64,000 nt of DNA, from NCBI GenBank assembly GCA_965200965.1, contig OZ241744.1, forward strand, positions 2,368,001 through 2,432,000. Reading direction: 5' to 3'. The position numbers were made by a program, and so were the translations under genes. This DNA comes from an uncultured Candidatus Binatia bacterium (GTDB taxonomy: Bacteria > Desulfobacterota > Binatia > Bin18). Positions 19,561 through 27,967 of the stretch are shown one piece after another; within the stretch, counting starts at the first letter, position 1; each line of letters begins with the position of its first letter. The notes below the pieces were generated by a model. It was not told the origin of the DNA. It ran no database searches and worked only from the letters and a program-made list of their open reading frames with translations.

Positions 19561-20766
19561 TCAGTTTCCCCAAGGGGTGAATGTGTCGCCTTCCTCTCGA
19601 TCGGATGACAGGTTCACCCCTCGGAGCCGGGCCAGGTTGCGGCGGACTTCAGGACAAAAAATTGTCGCCTGCTCCTTTCTCCCCATCTTCTCCAGGACCT
19701 CGGCAAAGCGGCTGCACATTGACAGGGCGCGCTCATAGGCGCTCAGGGCCTCGTCTTTTTTGTTGAGGCGCTCAAACGCATCGCCCAAATGGACATAGGC
19801 ATAGGCATAGTCGGGGGCCAGGTGTACCGTCTGTTGCCACGCCTGGGCCGCTCCCGACCAGTCGCCTTTGGCGGCCAGCAGGTGGCCTAAGCGGTTATGC
19901 ACATAGGGGGCGGACGGCACGAGCTGGAGCGCTGCGCGATAGGCTGCGAGGGCACCGGGCGCGTCTCCGGTCGCCTCGAGCACCCTGGCAAGCTGCACCT
20001 GGGCCGTCGCATTATCCGGCTCCAGCCGCAGCGCTTCCCGGAAGGCCGCAATCGCTTTGGTCTGCTCGCCACGGTCTCGCCACGCCACGCCGATCAGGTG
20101 GTGGGCTTTGGCCGCGGTGGGCGCGACACGAATCGTCTTTTGCCACTCGACAATCGCTTCATTCAGCTGGCCTTGGTCGTAGAAGCGTTGTCCGCGTTCG
20201 ATATGCGCCTCGGCCTCCGGGGGTAAAGAGGGCGGCGGCGAAGGAGCAGCGGTGCGCGCCTCGGGTGACAGCGAGGGGTGAACGTGTCGCCTTCCTCCCG
20301 AGCCGATGACCTGTTCACCCCTCGAAAAGAGCACCCGGGCCTGCTCCCCAGCCACGTCCTCACCCGGCTCTCGCCCCACTTCGCCGAGCGCGGCCGTGAC
20401 CAGACCCTCCTGTTGTTTGACCACAAAAGGCGGCATGTCTGTTCCGGTCAAATCGAGGACAAAGCGGGTGTAGCCCGGGTGGGAGCCAACCCGGACCTGC
20501 CGCACCAGCCTGTCCTCTACGCCATAGGTGGCCGCTCGACGCGACTTGACCGCTCCCCTGACATCAACCACCAGCCGCAGCGGTGACGACAGGGCAAAAG
20601 GTTTCACGGCATCGGGCGGATGAGAGAACCGCAGGGCAAGGATGCGCTGTCCGCCCTGCACCGAGAAGCGCATGGTGTGCAGCCTCAGTTCGCTGTGGGA
20701 CCGCGCGGCGTGCGCCCCGCCTGTCCAGACACTCACGAGCAGGATGCAGAGCCAGGCTTTGCCCAT
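19561..20766 (-). CDS. Secreted AMIN-domain + TPR protein
   Basis: Signal peptide, PLRLVVDV...VRQVRVG...TRFVLDL (AMIN) and about 5 TPR repeats. Confidence 0.8.
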   Translation of the reverse strand: MGKAWLCILLVSVWTGGAHAARSHSELRLHTMRFSVQGGQRILALRFSHPPDAVKPFALSSPLRLVVDVRGAVKSRRAATYGVEDRLVRQVRVGSHPGYTRFVLDLTGTDMPPFVVKQQEGLVTAALGEVGREPGEDVAGEQARVLFSRGEQVIGSGGRRHVHPSLSPEARTAAPSPPPSLPPEAEAHIERGQRFYDQGQLNEAIVEWQKTIRVAPTAAKAHHLIGVAWRDRGEQTKAIAAFREALRLEPDNATAQVQLARVLEATGDAPGALAAYRAALQLVPSAPYVHNRLGHLLAAKGDWSGAAQAWQQTVHLAPDYAYAYVHLGDAFERLNKKDEALSAYERALSMCSRFAEVLEKMGRKEQATIFCPEVRRNLARLRGVNLSSDREEGDTFTPWGN

Positions 20767-20802
20767 AGCAGCTCGGGGCCAGCATAGGCCGCGGCCGGCC
20801 AC

Positions 20803-21786
20803 CTACCAGCGAAGGATTGAAGTCCCCCAGGTCAGCCCCCCGCCGCAGCCGCACAGGGCAAGAATATCGTTGGGCCGCACCCGGCCGGCCCGGACGGCCT
20901 CATCAAGCGCAATCGGGATAGAGGCGGCGGAGGTATTGCCGTAGTTCTGGATGTTGCAGTACACCCGGTCCATCGCAATCTGAAGACGGTCGGCCACCGC
21001 CCGGATGATGCGCAGGTTGGCCTGATGGGGAATCATCAGGCTCACGTCAGCGGGCGACAGGCCGGCCTTGTCCAGGGCTTTGCGGGTGACCTCGGACAGG
21101 GCCCGGACGGCGACCTTGAACAACTCAGGCCCCTTCATCTGAATACCCCACTCTTTGGGGCGCGAGCCTGCTTGATCGACCGTCTGTCTATGGTCGGCGC
21201 GCACATGCAGCAGCTTCCACAGCGTCCCGCTCGATTCCACTACGGTGCTGAGCAGACCGCGTTTGTCGGACCGGGCATTCTGGGTATCCAGGACAACCGC
21301 CCCGGCCCCGTCGCCAAACAGGACACAGGTCGAGCGGTCTTCCCAGTTGACCATCGTGCTGAGGGTATCAGCCCCGACCAGCAGCAGACGGTCGTAGTCA
21401 CCGCTCTTGATATAGCTGTGGGCGACAGACATGCCGTACACAAAGCCGGCGCACGCCGCGTTCACGTCAAAGGCCGGGATATTGTCGAGCCCGAGGCGGG
21501 CCTGGAGCAGGCAGGCGGTGGAGGGGAAGGCGTAGTTGCCGGAGACGGTGGCCACCACAATCGCCTGGAGCCGCTCGGCCGCCACACCCGAGGCGTCCAG
21601 GGCCTGGCAACTGGCCTGGTACATCAGGTCGAGGACATCCTCGCCCTCGGTCATCACATACCGCTGGTGGATGCCGGTCCGGCTGACAATCCAGTCATGG
21701 CTGGTGTCAACACGTTTTTCCAGGTCGGCATTGCTCAGACAGGTCCTGGGGACGGAGGAGCCGGTACCGATGATGCGAGCGCCCAT
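20803..21786 (-). CDS. fabH: 3-oxoacyl-ACP synthase III
   Basis: AACAGF, LFGDGAGA, IPHQANLRI and GNTSAAS motifs. Confidence 0.95.
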   Translation of the reverse strand: MGARIIGTGSSVPRTCLSNADLEKRVDTSHDWIVSRTGIHQRYVMTEGEDVLDLMYQASCQALDASGVAAERLQAIVVATVSGNYAFPSTACLLQARLGLDNIPAFDVNAACAGFVYGMSVAHSYIKSGDYDRLLLVGADTLSTMVNWEDRSTCVLFGDGAGAVVLDTQNARSDKRGLLSTVVESSGTLWKLLHVRADHRQTVDQAGSRPKEWGIQMKGPELFKVAVRALSEVTRKALDKAGLSPADVSLMIPHQANLRIIRAVADRLQIAMDRVYCNIQNYGNTSAASIPIALDEAVRAGRVRPNDILALCGCGGGLTWGTSILRW

Positions 21787-21869
21787 GCGCAATCCCTTTC
21801 TCTCTGAGGCGTGAACATGTCGCCGTCCTCTCGATCTGATGAAACGTTCATTCCTTTCTGCCCCCCGTC

Positions 21870-23120
21870 TTACTCCGTCCATTTGCGAAACGCGATGGTC
21901 GCATTGGTGCCGCCAAAGCCAAATGAGTTTGACAGCACCGCCCGAACCGGCGCTTTTCTCGGCGTGTTGGGGACGTAATCGAGGTCGCAGTCTGGATCAG
22001 GTTCTTCATAGTTGATGGTCGGCGGCAGGGTGTCACGGTCAAGGATCAGAGCGGCGTAGACCGCTTCGACCCCGCCGGCGGCACCGAGCAGATGACCGGT
22101 CATGGATTTGGTTGAACTGATCGCCAGCCGTCCGGCATATTCGCCAAACACCCGTTTGATGGCCTGGGTCTCGGTGGCGTCGTTGTAGGGGGTCGAGGTG
22201 CCGTGGGCGTTGATGTAGTCAATCTCGGTCGGATGGATATTCCCGCTGCGCAGGGCCTGCTGCATACAACGGACCGCGCCTTCTCCCTCGGGCGAGGGGG
22301 CGGTCATGTGGTGGGCGTCACAGTTCGCGCCATAGCCGACCACCTCGGCGTAGATTTTCGCCCCGCGGCGATGCGCCGATTCCAGCTCTTCCATCACCAC
22401 CATGCCGGCACCTTCGGCCATGACAAAACCGTCCCGACGCCTGTCAAACGGGCGGCTGGCTCTGTGGGGCTCGTCGTTGTGGGTTGAGACCGCCTTCATG
22501 GCGATAAAGCCGCCTAGTCCCAGGGGGGTGAGGGCGGCTTCTGCACCGCCGGCGATGACCGCCTGTTGTTCACCGAGGCGAATCAGTCGAAACGCCTCGC
22601 CAATGGCGTGCGACCCGGAGGAGCAGGCGCTTGTCGGGGTGTAGTTGACGCCCTTGGCACCATAGTGAATGGCAATCTGACCGGGGGCCAGGTTGGCGAT
22701 CAGCTTGGGAATAAAAAACGGTGAGACCTTTTTGAGGCCGGTGTCGAGGAAAACTTTATGGTAGGTTTCAATGCTGGTCAGGCCGCCAATGCCGACACCA
22801 ACGATCACCCCCACCCGGTCTTCATTGTCCGGTGTGATCGGCAGGCCGGCCTCGTCCATTGCCATTTGGGCCGAGGCGTAGGCGTACTGGATGAAGGGGT
22901 CCATCTTTTTGATTTCGCGTTTCTCGATAAACTCCTCAGGCACAAAATCCGTGACCTCGCCACCAATCCGGGTCGGAAAGTCCGATACGTCGAAGCGGGT
23001 GATCGGGCCGATACCAGAGCGGCCTTCGAGCAGCCCGGTCCAGTTTTTCTCAACCCCCGTACCGAGCGGCGTGACCAGACCCAACCCAGTAATTACGACG
23101 CGACGGCGTTCGTCTTTCAT
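21870..23120 (-). CDS. fabF: 3-oxoacyl-ACP synthase II
   Basis: RRVVITGLG, SACSSG, NAHGTST, GHLLGAAG and SNSFGFGG motifs. Confidence 0.96.
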   Translation of the reverse strand: MKDERRRVVITGLGLVTPLGTGVEKNWTGLLEGRSGIGPITRFDVSDFPTRIGGEVTDFVPEEFIEKREIKKMDPFIQYAYASAQMAMDEAGLPITPDNEDRVGVIVGVGIGGLTSIETYHKVFLDTGLKKVSPFFIPKLIANLAPGQIAIHYGAKGVNYTPTSACSSGSHAIGEAFRLIRLGEQQAVIAGGAEAALTPLGLGGFIAMKAVSTHNDEPHRASRPFDRRRDGFVMAEGAGMVVMEELESAHRRGAKIYAEVVGYGANCDAHHMTAPSPEGEGAVRCMQQALRSGNIHPTEIDYINAHGTSTPYNDATETQAIKRVFGEYAGRLAISSTKSMTGHLLGAAGGVEAVYAALILDRDTLPPTINYEEPDPDCDLDYVPNTPRKAPVRAVLSNSFGFGGTNATIAFRKWTE

Positions 23121-23269
23121 ACACACCTCTGCCTTGAGGCGTGGACGTGTCATCAGAGCGAGAGGAAGGCGGCACGTTCACGCCTTTGTCACACACAAGG
23201 AATCCGGGCATCTTAGAGGCTCTGTTTCTGGCCTGTCAACTCCGCTGCCCCCAGACCCGGCCCGGTCGC

Positions 23270-23722
23270 TTACAGCAGGTGAAATTCACGCAGCACGCCA
23301 GCCACTTCCGGGTCCCGCCGCCCTAAGGCCCGCAAGGCGGCCAGCAGGGCATCGAGCCGGCCCCGGTTGCCGCCGATCGCTGCCTGCAGGCTCTGGACCG
23401 TCTGCTCAAACGGGCGCAGCATCGTCCGCCGGTCCCACAGCGCAAAGCCGATAATCGCCGCCACCAGCGCCGCAAAGGCCCCCAGCAACGCCAGGGTCAG
23501 CTGGAATTGGCGGGCAAACTGCGCGGCCAAGTCCTCACGCAACTGGCCCAGGTCCTCACGCAAGTGCTGCACCGCATCCCGCAACCCCTCCTGCCCGGCT
23601 TCGAGCCGCGTCAGCCGCTCTACGATCTCCCGGTCGGTCAGGGCCGGGGCGGCCTCCACCGCCCACAGCGGAGCAGGCATAAGGAGGAGTGCCACGATGG
23701 ACCAGAGCAGGGACCGGCGCAT
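23270..23722 (-). CDS. Coiled-coil membrane protein, tandem copy 1
   Basis: Signal peptide, LTDREIVERLTRLEAG, heptads, TM segment and FALWDRRTMLRP. Confidence 0.75.
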   Translation of the reverse strand: MRRSLLWSIVALLLMPAPLWAVEAAPALTDREIVERLTRLEAGQEGLRDAVQHLREDLGQLREDLAAQFARQFQLTLALLGAFAALVAAIIGFALWDRRTMLRPFEQTVQSLQAAIGGNRGRLDALLAALRALGRRDPEVAGVLREFHLL

Positions 23723-23806
23723 GGGGGCATTCAAAGCCCGCCCGCCCGCAATGTCAAGCCACAGCCCGCCCCCCGCAGGCAGGACCACGCGCCGGACGAC
23801 CGCCGC

Positions 23807-24301
23807 TTACAGCAGGTGAAATTCACGCAGCACGCCAGCCACTTCCGGGTCCCGCCACCCTAAGGCCCGCAAGGCGGCCAGCAGGGCATCGAGCCGGCCC
23901 CGGTTGCCGCCGATCGCTGCCTGCAGGCTCTGGACCGTCTGCTCAAACGGACGCAGCATCGTCCGCCGGTCCCACAGCGCAAAGCCGATAATCGCCGCCA
24001 CCAGCGCCGCAAAGGCCCCCAGCAGTGCCAGGGTCAACTGGAATTGGCGGGCGAACTGCGCGGCCATGTCCACCCGCAACTGGCTCATCTCCACCCGCAA
24101 CTGGCTCATCTCCACCCGCAGTTGGCCCAGGTCCTCACGCAAGTGCTGCACCGCGTCCCGCAACCCCTCCTGCCCGGCTTCAAGCCGCGTCAGCCGCTCT
24201 ACGATCTCCCGGTCGGTCAGGGCCGGGGCGGCCTCCACCGCCCACAGCGGAGCAGGCACAAGGAGGAATGCCACAATGGACCAGAGCAGGGACCGGCGCA
24301 T
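23807..24301 (-). CDS. Coiled-coil membrane protein, tandem copy 2
   Basis: Near-identical to copy 1 with 2 extra heptads. Confidence 0.75.
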   Translation of the reverse strand: MRRSLLWSIVAFLLVPAPLWAVEAAPALTDREIVERLTRLEAGQEGLRDAVQHLREDLGQLRVEMSQLRVEMSQLRVDMAAQFARQFQLTLALLGAFAALVAAIIGFALWDRRTMLRPFEQTVQSLQAAIGGNRGRLDALLAALRALGWRDPEVAGVLREFHLL

Positions 24302-24385
24302 GAGGGCATTCAAAGCCCAACCGCCCGCAATGTCAAGCCACAGCCCGCCCCCCGCAGGCAGGACCACGCGCCGGACGACCGCCGC

Positions 24386-24880
24386 TTACAGCAGGTGAAA
24401 TTCACGCAGCACGCCAGCCACTTCCGGGTCCCGCCACCCTAAGGCCCGCAAGGCGGCCAGCAGGGCAGCGAGCCGGCCCCGGTTGCCGCCGATCGCTGCC
24501 TGCAGGCTCTGGACCGTCTGCTCAAACGGACGCAGCATCGTCCGCCGGTCCCACAGCGCAAAGCCGATAATCGCCGCCACCAGCGCCGCAAAGGCCCCCA
24601 GCAGTGCCAGGGTCAACTGGAATTGGCGGGCGAACTGCGCGGCCATGTCCACCCGCAACTGGCTCATCTCCACCCGCAACTGGCTCATCTCCACCCGCAG
24701 TTGGCCCAGGTCCTCACGCAAGTGCTGCACCGCGTCCCGCAACCCCTCCTGCCCGGCTTCAAGCCGCGTCAGCCGCTCTACGATCTCCCGGTCGGTCAGG
24801 GCCGGGGCGGCCTCCACCGCCCACAGCGGAGCAGGCACAAGGAGGAATGCCACAATGGACCAGAGCAGGGACCGGCGCAT
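24386..24880 (-). CDS. Coiled-coil membrane protein, tandem copy 3
   Basis: Differs from copy 2 by one residue (RLDALL vs RLAALL). Confidence 0.75.
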   Translation of the reverse strand: MRRSLLWSIVAFLLVPAPLWAVEAAPALTDREIVERLTRLEAGQEGLRDAVQHLREDLGQLRVEMSQLRVEMSQLRVDMAAQFARQFQLTLALLGAFAALVAAIIGFALWDRRTMLRPFEQTVQSLQAAIGGNRGRLAALLAALRALGWRDPEVAGVLREFHLL

Positions 24881-24964
24881 GAGGGCATTCAAAGCCCAAC
24901 CGCCCGCAATGTCAAGCCACAGCCCGCCCCCCGCAGGCAGGACCACGCGCCGGACGACCGCCGC

Positions 24965-25495
24965 TTACAGCAGGTGAAATTCACGCAGCACGCCAGCCAC
25001 TTCCGGGTCCCGCCGCCCCAAGGCCCGCAAGGCGGCCAGCAGGGCAGCGAGCCGGCCCCGGTTGCCGCCGATCTCTGCTTGCAGGCTCTGGACCGTCTGC
25101 TCAAACGGGCGCAGCATCGTCCGCCGGTCCCACAGCGCAAAGCCGATAATCGCCGCCACCAGCGCCGCAAAGGCCCCCAGCAACGCCAGGGTCAACTGGA
25201 ATTGGCGGGCAAACTGCGCGGTCAGGTCCTCACGCAACTGCCGGGTTTGGGCGGTCAGGTCCGCCCGCAACTGGCTCATCTCCGCCCGCAGTTGGCCCAG
25301 GTCCGCCCGCAACTGGCTCAGGTCCTCACGCAAGTGCTGCACCGCGTCCCGCAACCCCTCCTGCCCGGCTTCGAGCCGCGTCAGCCGCTCTACGATCTCC
25401 CGGTCGGTCAGGGCCGGGGCGGCCTCCACCGCCCACAGCGGAGCAGGCACAAGAAGGAGGAGTGCCACAGTGGACCAGAGGAGGGACCGGCGCAT
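24965..25495 (-). CDS. Coiled-coil membrane protein, tandem copy 4
   Basis: Same family, longest coiled coil. Confidence 0.75.
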   Translation of the reverse strand: MRRSLLWSTVALLLLVPAPLWAVEAAPALTDREIVERLTRLEAGQEGLRDAVQHLREDLSQLRADLGQLRAEMSQLRADLTAQTRQLREDLTAQFARQFQLTLALLGAFAALVAAIIGFALWDRRTMLRPFEQTVQSLQAEIGGNRGRLAALLAALRALGRRDPEVAGVLREFHLL

Positions 25496-25613
25496 GGGGG
25501 CATTCAAAGCCCGACCGCCCGCAATGTCAAGCTGTAAGCGCGTCAGCCACTTTTGCCGGAGGGGGTGGTTTCTGCTAAGAGAGAGCAGGACGACGCAAAG
25601 GGAGGCAAAGACC

Positions 25614-26762
25614 ATGTTTACCCATCCCGTGATTTCTGCCGACGGTCACATTGATCTGCCGTGCTTGCCGGCCGGCCTGTTTACCGACAACGCTCCGGCC
25701 AGCCTGAGAGACAAAATGCCCAAGGTCGCAGACCGACCCGAGGGCAAAACCTGGGTGTCCCACCAGGGAACAACTCTGGGACTGGTCGGCGGTATGGGCT
25801 CGGCCGGACGCCAGTACATTCCGGGCCAAATCTACCGGGCCGACCGCATGGCCGAGACCGGGCTGTACGAAGATCAGAGCCGGGGCGTCATGCGGCCCGC
25901 CATTCCTGAGTTGCGGCTCAAAGACCAGGAGCGCGACGGCGTGGTCGGCGAGGTCCTGTATGGGGTGCTGGGCGCGGCCAGCCGCATCAACGACCCCGAG
26001 GTCAGCGATGTGGTGGTGACGATCTACAACGATTTTGCGGCGGATTTCAGCAAGGCCAGCCCCAGCCGGTTTGCGTGTGTGGCGAGCCTGCCCACCTCGA
26101 CCGAGGACCGCACGGCCGACGAGATCCGGCGCTGCGCCAAACTGGGCCTCAAGGGCGCGGAGCTGGCGGCCCAGCACAATATGAAGCCGCTGTGGCATCT
26201 GGACTGGGAGCCGGTGTGGCAGGCGGCCCACGAAACCGGCCTGCCGATCCACCTGCATACCATCGGTCCCAAAGTCGATATGAAATGGCTGCAAGACCAC
26301 CGCTCGCGGCGGATGTGGCTGGCCACGATTCTGACCGAGTTTCAGATCTCGATGGCCGGCTGTATGGGCGCGATCATTTACGGCGGTGCCCTGGAACGCT
26401 ATCCGAATCTGAGGATCGTGATTGGCGAGGCCGGCATTGGCTGGATTCCCTATGTGCTTGAACGCATGGATTACGAGTGGGAAGACCAGTTCAGAGACCT
26501 GGAACTGAAAATGAAACCCAGCGAGTACTGGTACCGCCAGATGTACGCCACCTTCCAGCAGGACCAGACCGGCATTGACCAGATTGAGAAGGTCGGCGTC
26601 AACAACGTCATGTGGGGCTCGGACTTTCCCCACCCGGACGGCGTGTGGCCGGACTCACAGGACTTCTTGCACAAGCAGCTCGGCCACCTGCCGGAAGACC
26701 TCCGCCGCAAACTGGTCTACGAGAATGTCGGCACGCTGTACGGGTTTCCGCTCGGCCACTAG
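25614..26762 (+). CDS. Amidohydrolase family 2 protein
   Basis: ISADGH, PIHLH, EAGIGWIPY and MWGSDFPHPD motifs. Confidence 0.92.
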   Translation: MFTHPVISADGHIDLPCLPAGLFTDNAPASLRDKMPKVADRPEGKTWVSHQGTTLGLVGGMGSAGRQYIPGQIYRADRMAETGLYEDQSRGVMRPAIPELRLKDQERDGVVGEVLYGVLGAASRINDPEVSDVVVTIYNDFAADFSKASPSRFACVASLPTSTEDRTADEIRRCAKLGLKGAELAAQHNMKPLWHLDWEPVWQAAHETGLPIHLHTIGPKVDMKWLQDHRSRRMWLATILTEFQISMAGCMGAIIYGGALERYPNLRIVIGEAGIGWIPYVLERMDYEWEDQFRDLELKMKPSEYWYRQMYATFQQDQTGIDQIEKVGVNNVMWGSDFPHPDGVWPDSQDFLHKQLGHLPEDLRRKLVYENVGTLYGFPLGH

Positions 26763-26815
26763 GGCGCACCCCATGCGACAGATGCTGTTTTGATTCGACC
26801 AGGAGGGCAACGCAG

Positions 26816-27967
26816 ATGACCGATATCGGTACCCTTGGCGCGCGGTTGGCAACGATACGCGAGACCATGCGCGTCCACTACGCGAAACAGCATGCCGACC
26901 CGTGGATTGTGGCCTATTCGGGGGGCAAAGATTCGACCCTGCTGTTGCATCTGAGCTGGGAAGTGCTGACCTCGTTCCCGCCTGCCGCGCGGCGACGGAC
27001 GATTCATGTGGTGTCCAACGACACCCTGGTGGAATCGCCCCTGGTCATCGATCATCTGAAAAAAAGCCTCGCGGTCATACGCTCGGCGGCACAGTGTGCC
27101 ACTCTTCCGATCACCGTCACCATCACGGAGCCCTGTATTGACCAGACCTTCTGGGTGAACGTGATCGGGCGGGGCTATATTCCCCCCACCCGCAACTTCC
27201 GGTGGTGTACCGACCGGATGAAAATCCACCCTACGAACGCCTTTCTGGAAAAGCTCATCCGTTCACACACACGCGCAGTCTTGCTGATCGGGACGCGCAG
27301 AAGCGAATCACAGAACCGGCGGCGCACGATGAGAAAACATGGGGTGAAAGCGGACGCGATGAATCCCCATCAGACGATCACGGGGTGTCGTATCTTTGCC
27401 CCGCTGGCGGATTTGGACGACAATGATGTCTGGACGATCTTGCTGCAACGCCAGCCCCCGTGGGGCGGTTCGCACCGCGACCTGATTGGCCTGTACCGGA
27501 ATGCCGGGGGCGGTGAGTGCCCCTTAGTCCTGACCAAAGCGGATGCGCCGTCCTGCGGGACAACATCGCCCCGCTTCGGCTGCTGGACCTGTACGGTCGT
27601 ACCCAAGGACAAAAGTCTCCGCGGCGTGATCGCCGCTGGCCATGAAGAGGAAGACAAGTTGGAAGCCCTCGCCGACTTCCGTGACTGGCTGATCGCCCTC
27701 CGCGAAAATACCCGCAACCGCCTGCCGGTCCGCCGGGATGGAAGCACCAAGCTGCGCGAAGACGGCAGCCGGGTCTTCGGGCCGTTCAGGCTGGATATCC
27801 GGGAAAAGATTTTGGACCGCCTGCACGGCCTCGAACGGCACTGTCAGGAATCCCTTATCTCGCCAGCAGAACTCGAAGTCATCGAGGACATCTGGCGACA
27901 TGATCGCATTCGAGAACAAGGACGCCTCGCACTCTCACCACAGGCAGAGGAGGGGATAGGGGAGTGA
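26816..27967 (+). CDS. dndC: DndC-like DNA phosphorothioation sulfurtransferase (PAPS-reductase fold)
   Basis: PWIVAYSGGKDST, SNDTLVESP, FWVNVIGRGY, FRWCTDRMKIHP, GECPLV and RFGCWTCTVV motifs. Confidence 0.85.
   Translation: MTDIGTLGARLATIRETMRVHYAKQHADPWIVAYSGGKDSTLLLHLSWEVLTSFPPAARRRTIHVVSNDTLVESPLVIDHLKKSLAVIRSAAQCATLPITVTITEPCIDQTFWVNVIGRGYIPPTRNFRWCTDRMKIHPTNAFLEKLIRSHTRAVLLIGTRRSESQNRRRTMRKHGVKADAMNPHQTITGCRIFAPLADLDDNDVWTILLQRQPPWGGSHRDLIGLYRNAGGGECPLVLTKADAPSCGTTSPRFGCWTCTVVPKDKSLRGVIAAGHEEEDKLEALADFRDWLIALRENTRNRLPVRRDGSTKLREDGSRVFGPFRLDIREKILDRLHGLERHCQESLISPAELEVIEDIWRHDRIREQGRLALSPQAEEGIGE

Larger units (their letters stand above)
4534..23185. repeat. Dispersed ~49-bp palindromic element, 9 copies: 4534-4580, 7578-7626, 8087-8135, 9119-9167, 19137-19176, 19573-19621, 20274-20322, 21807-21855, 23137-23185
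   Basis: Consensus AGGsGTGAAcgTGTC-GCCTTCCTCTCGATCgGAT-GACAcgTTCACsCCT, found in both orientations. Confidence 0.9.
23270..25532. repeat. Four-unit tandem gene duplication (periods 537, 579, 579 bp)
   Basis: Stop codons at 23270, 23807, 24386 and 24965 with near-identical sequence between them. Confidence 0.95.
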
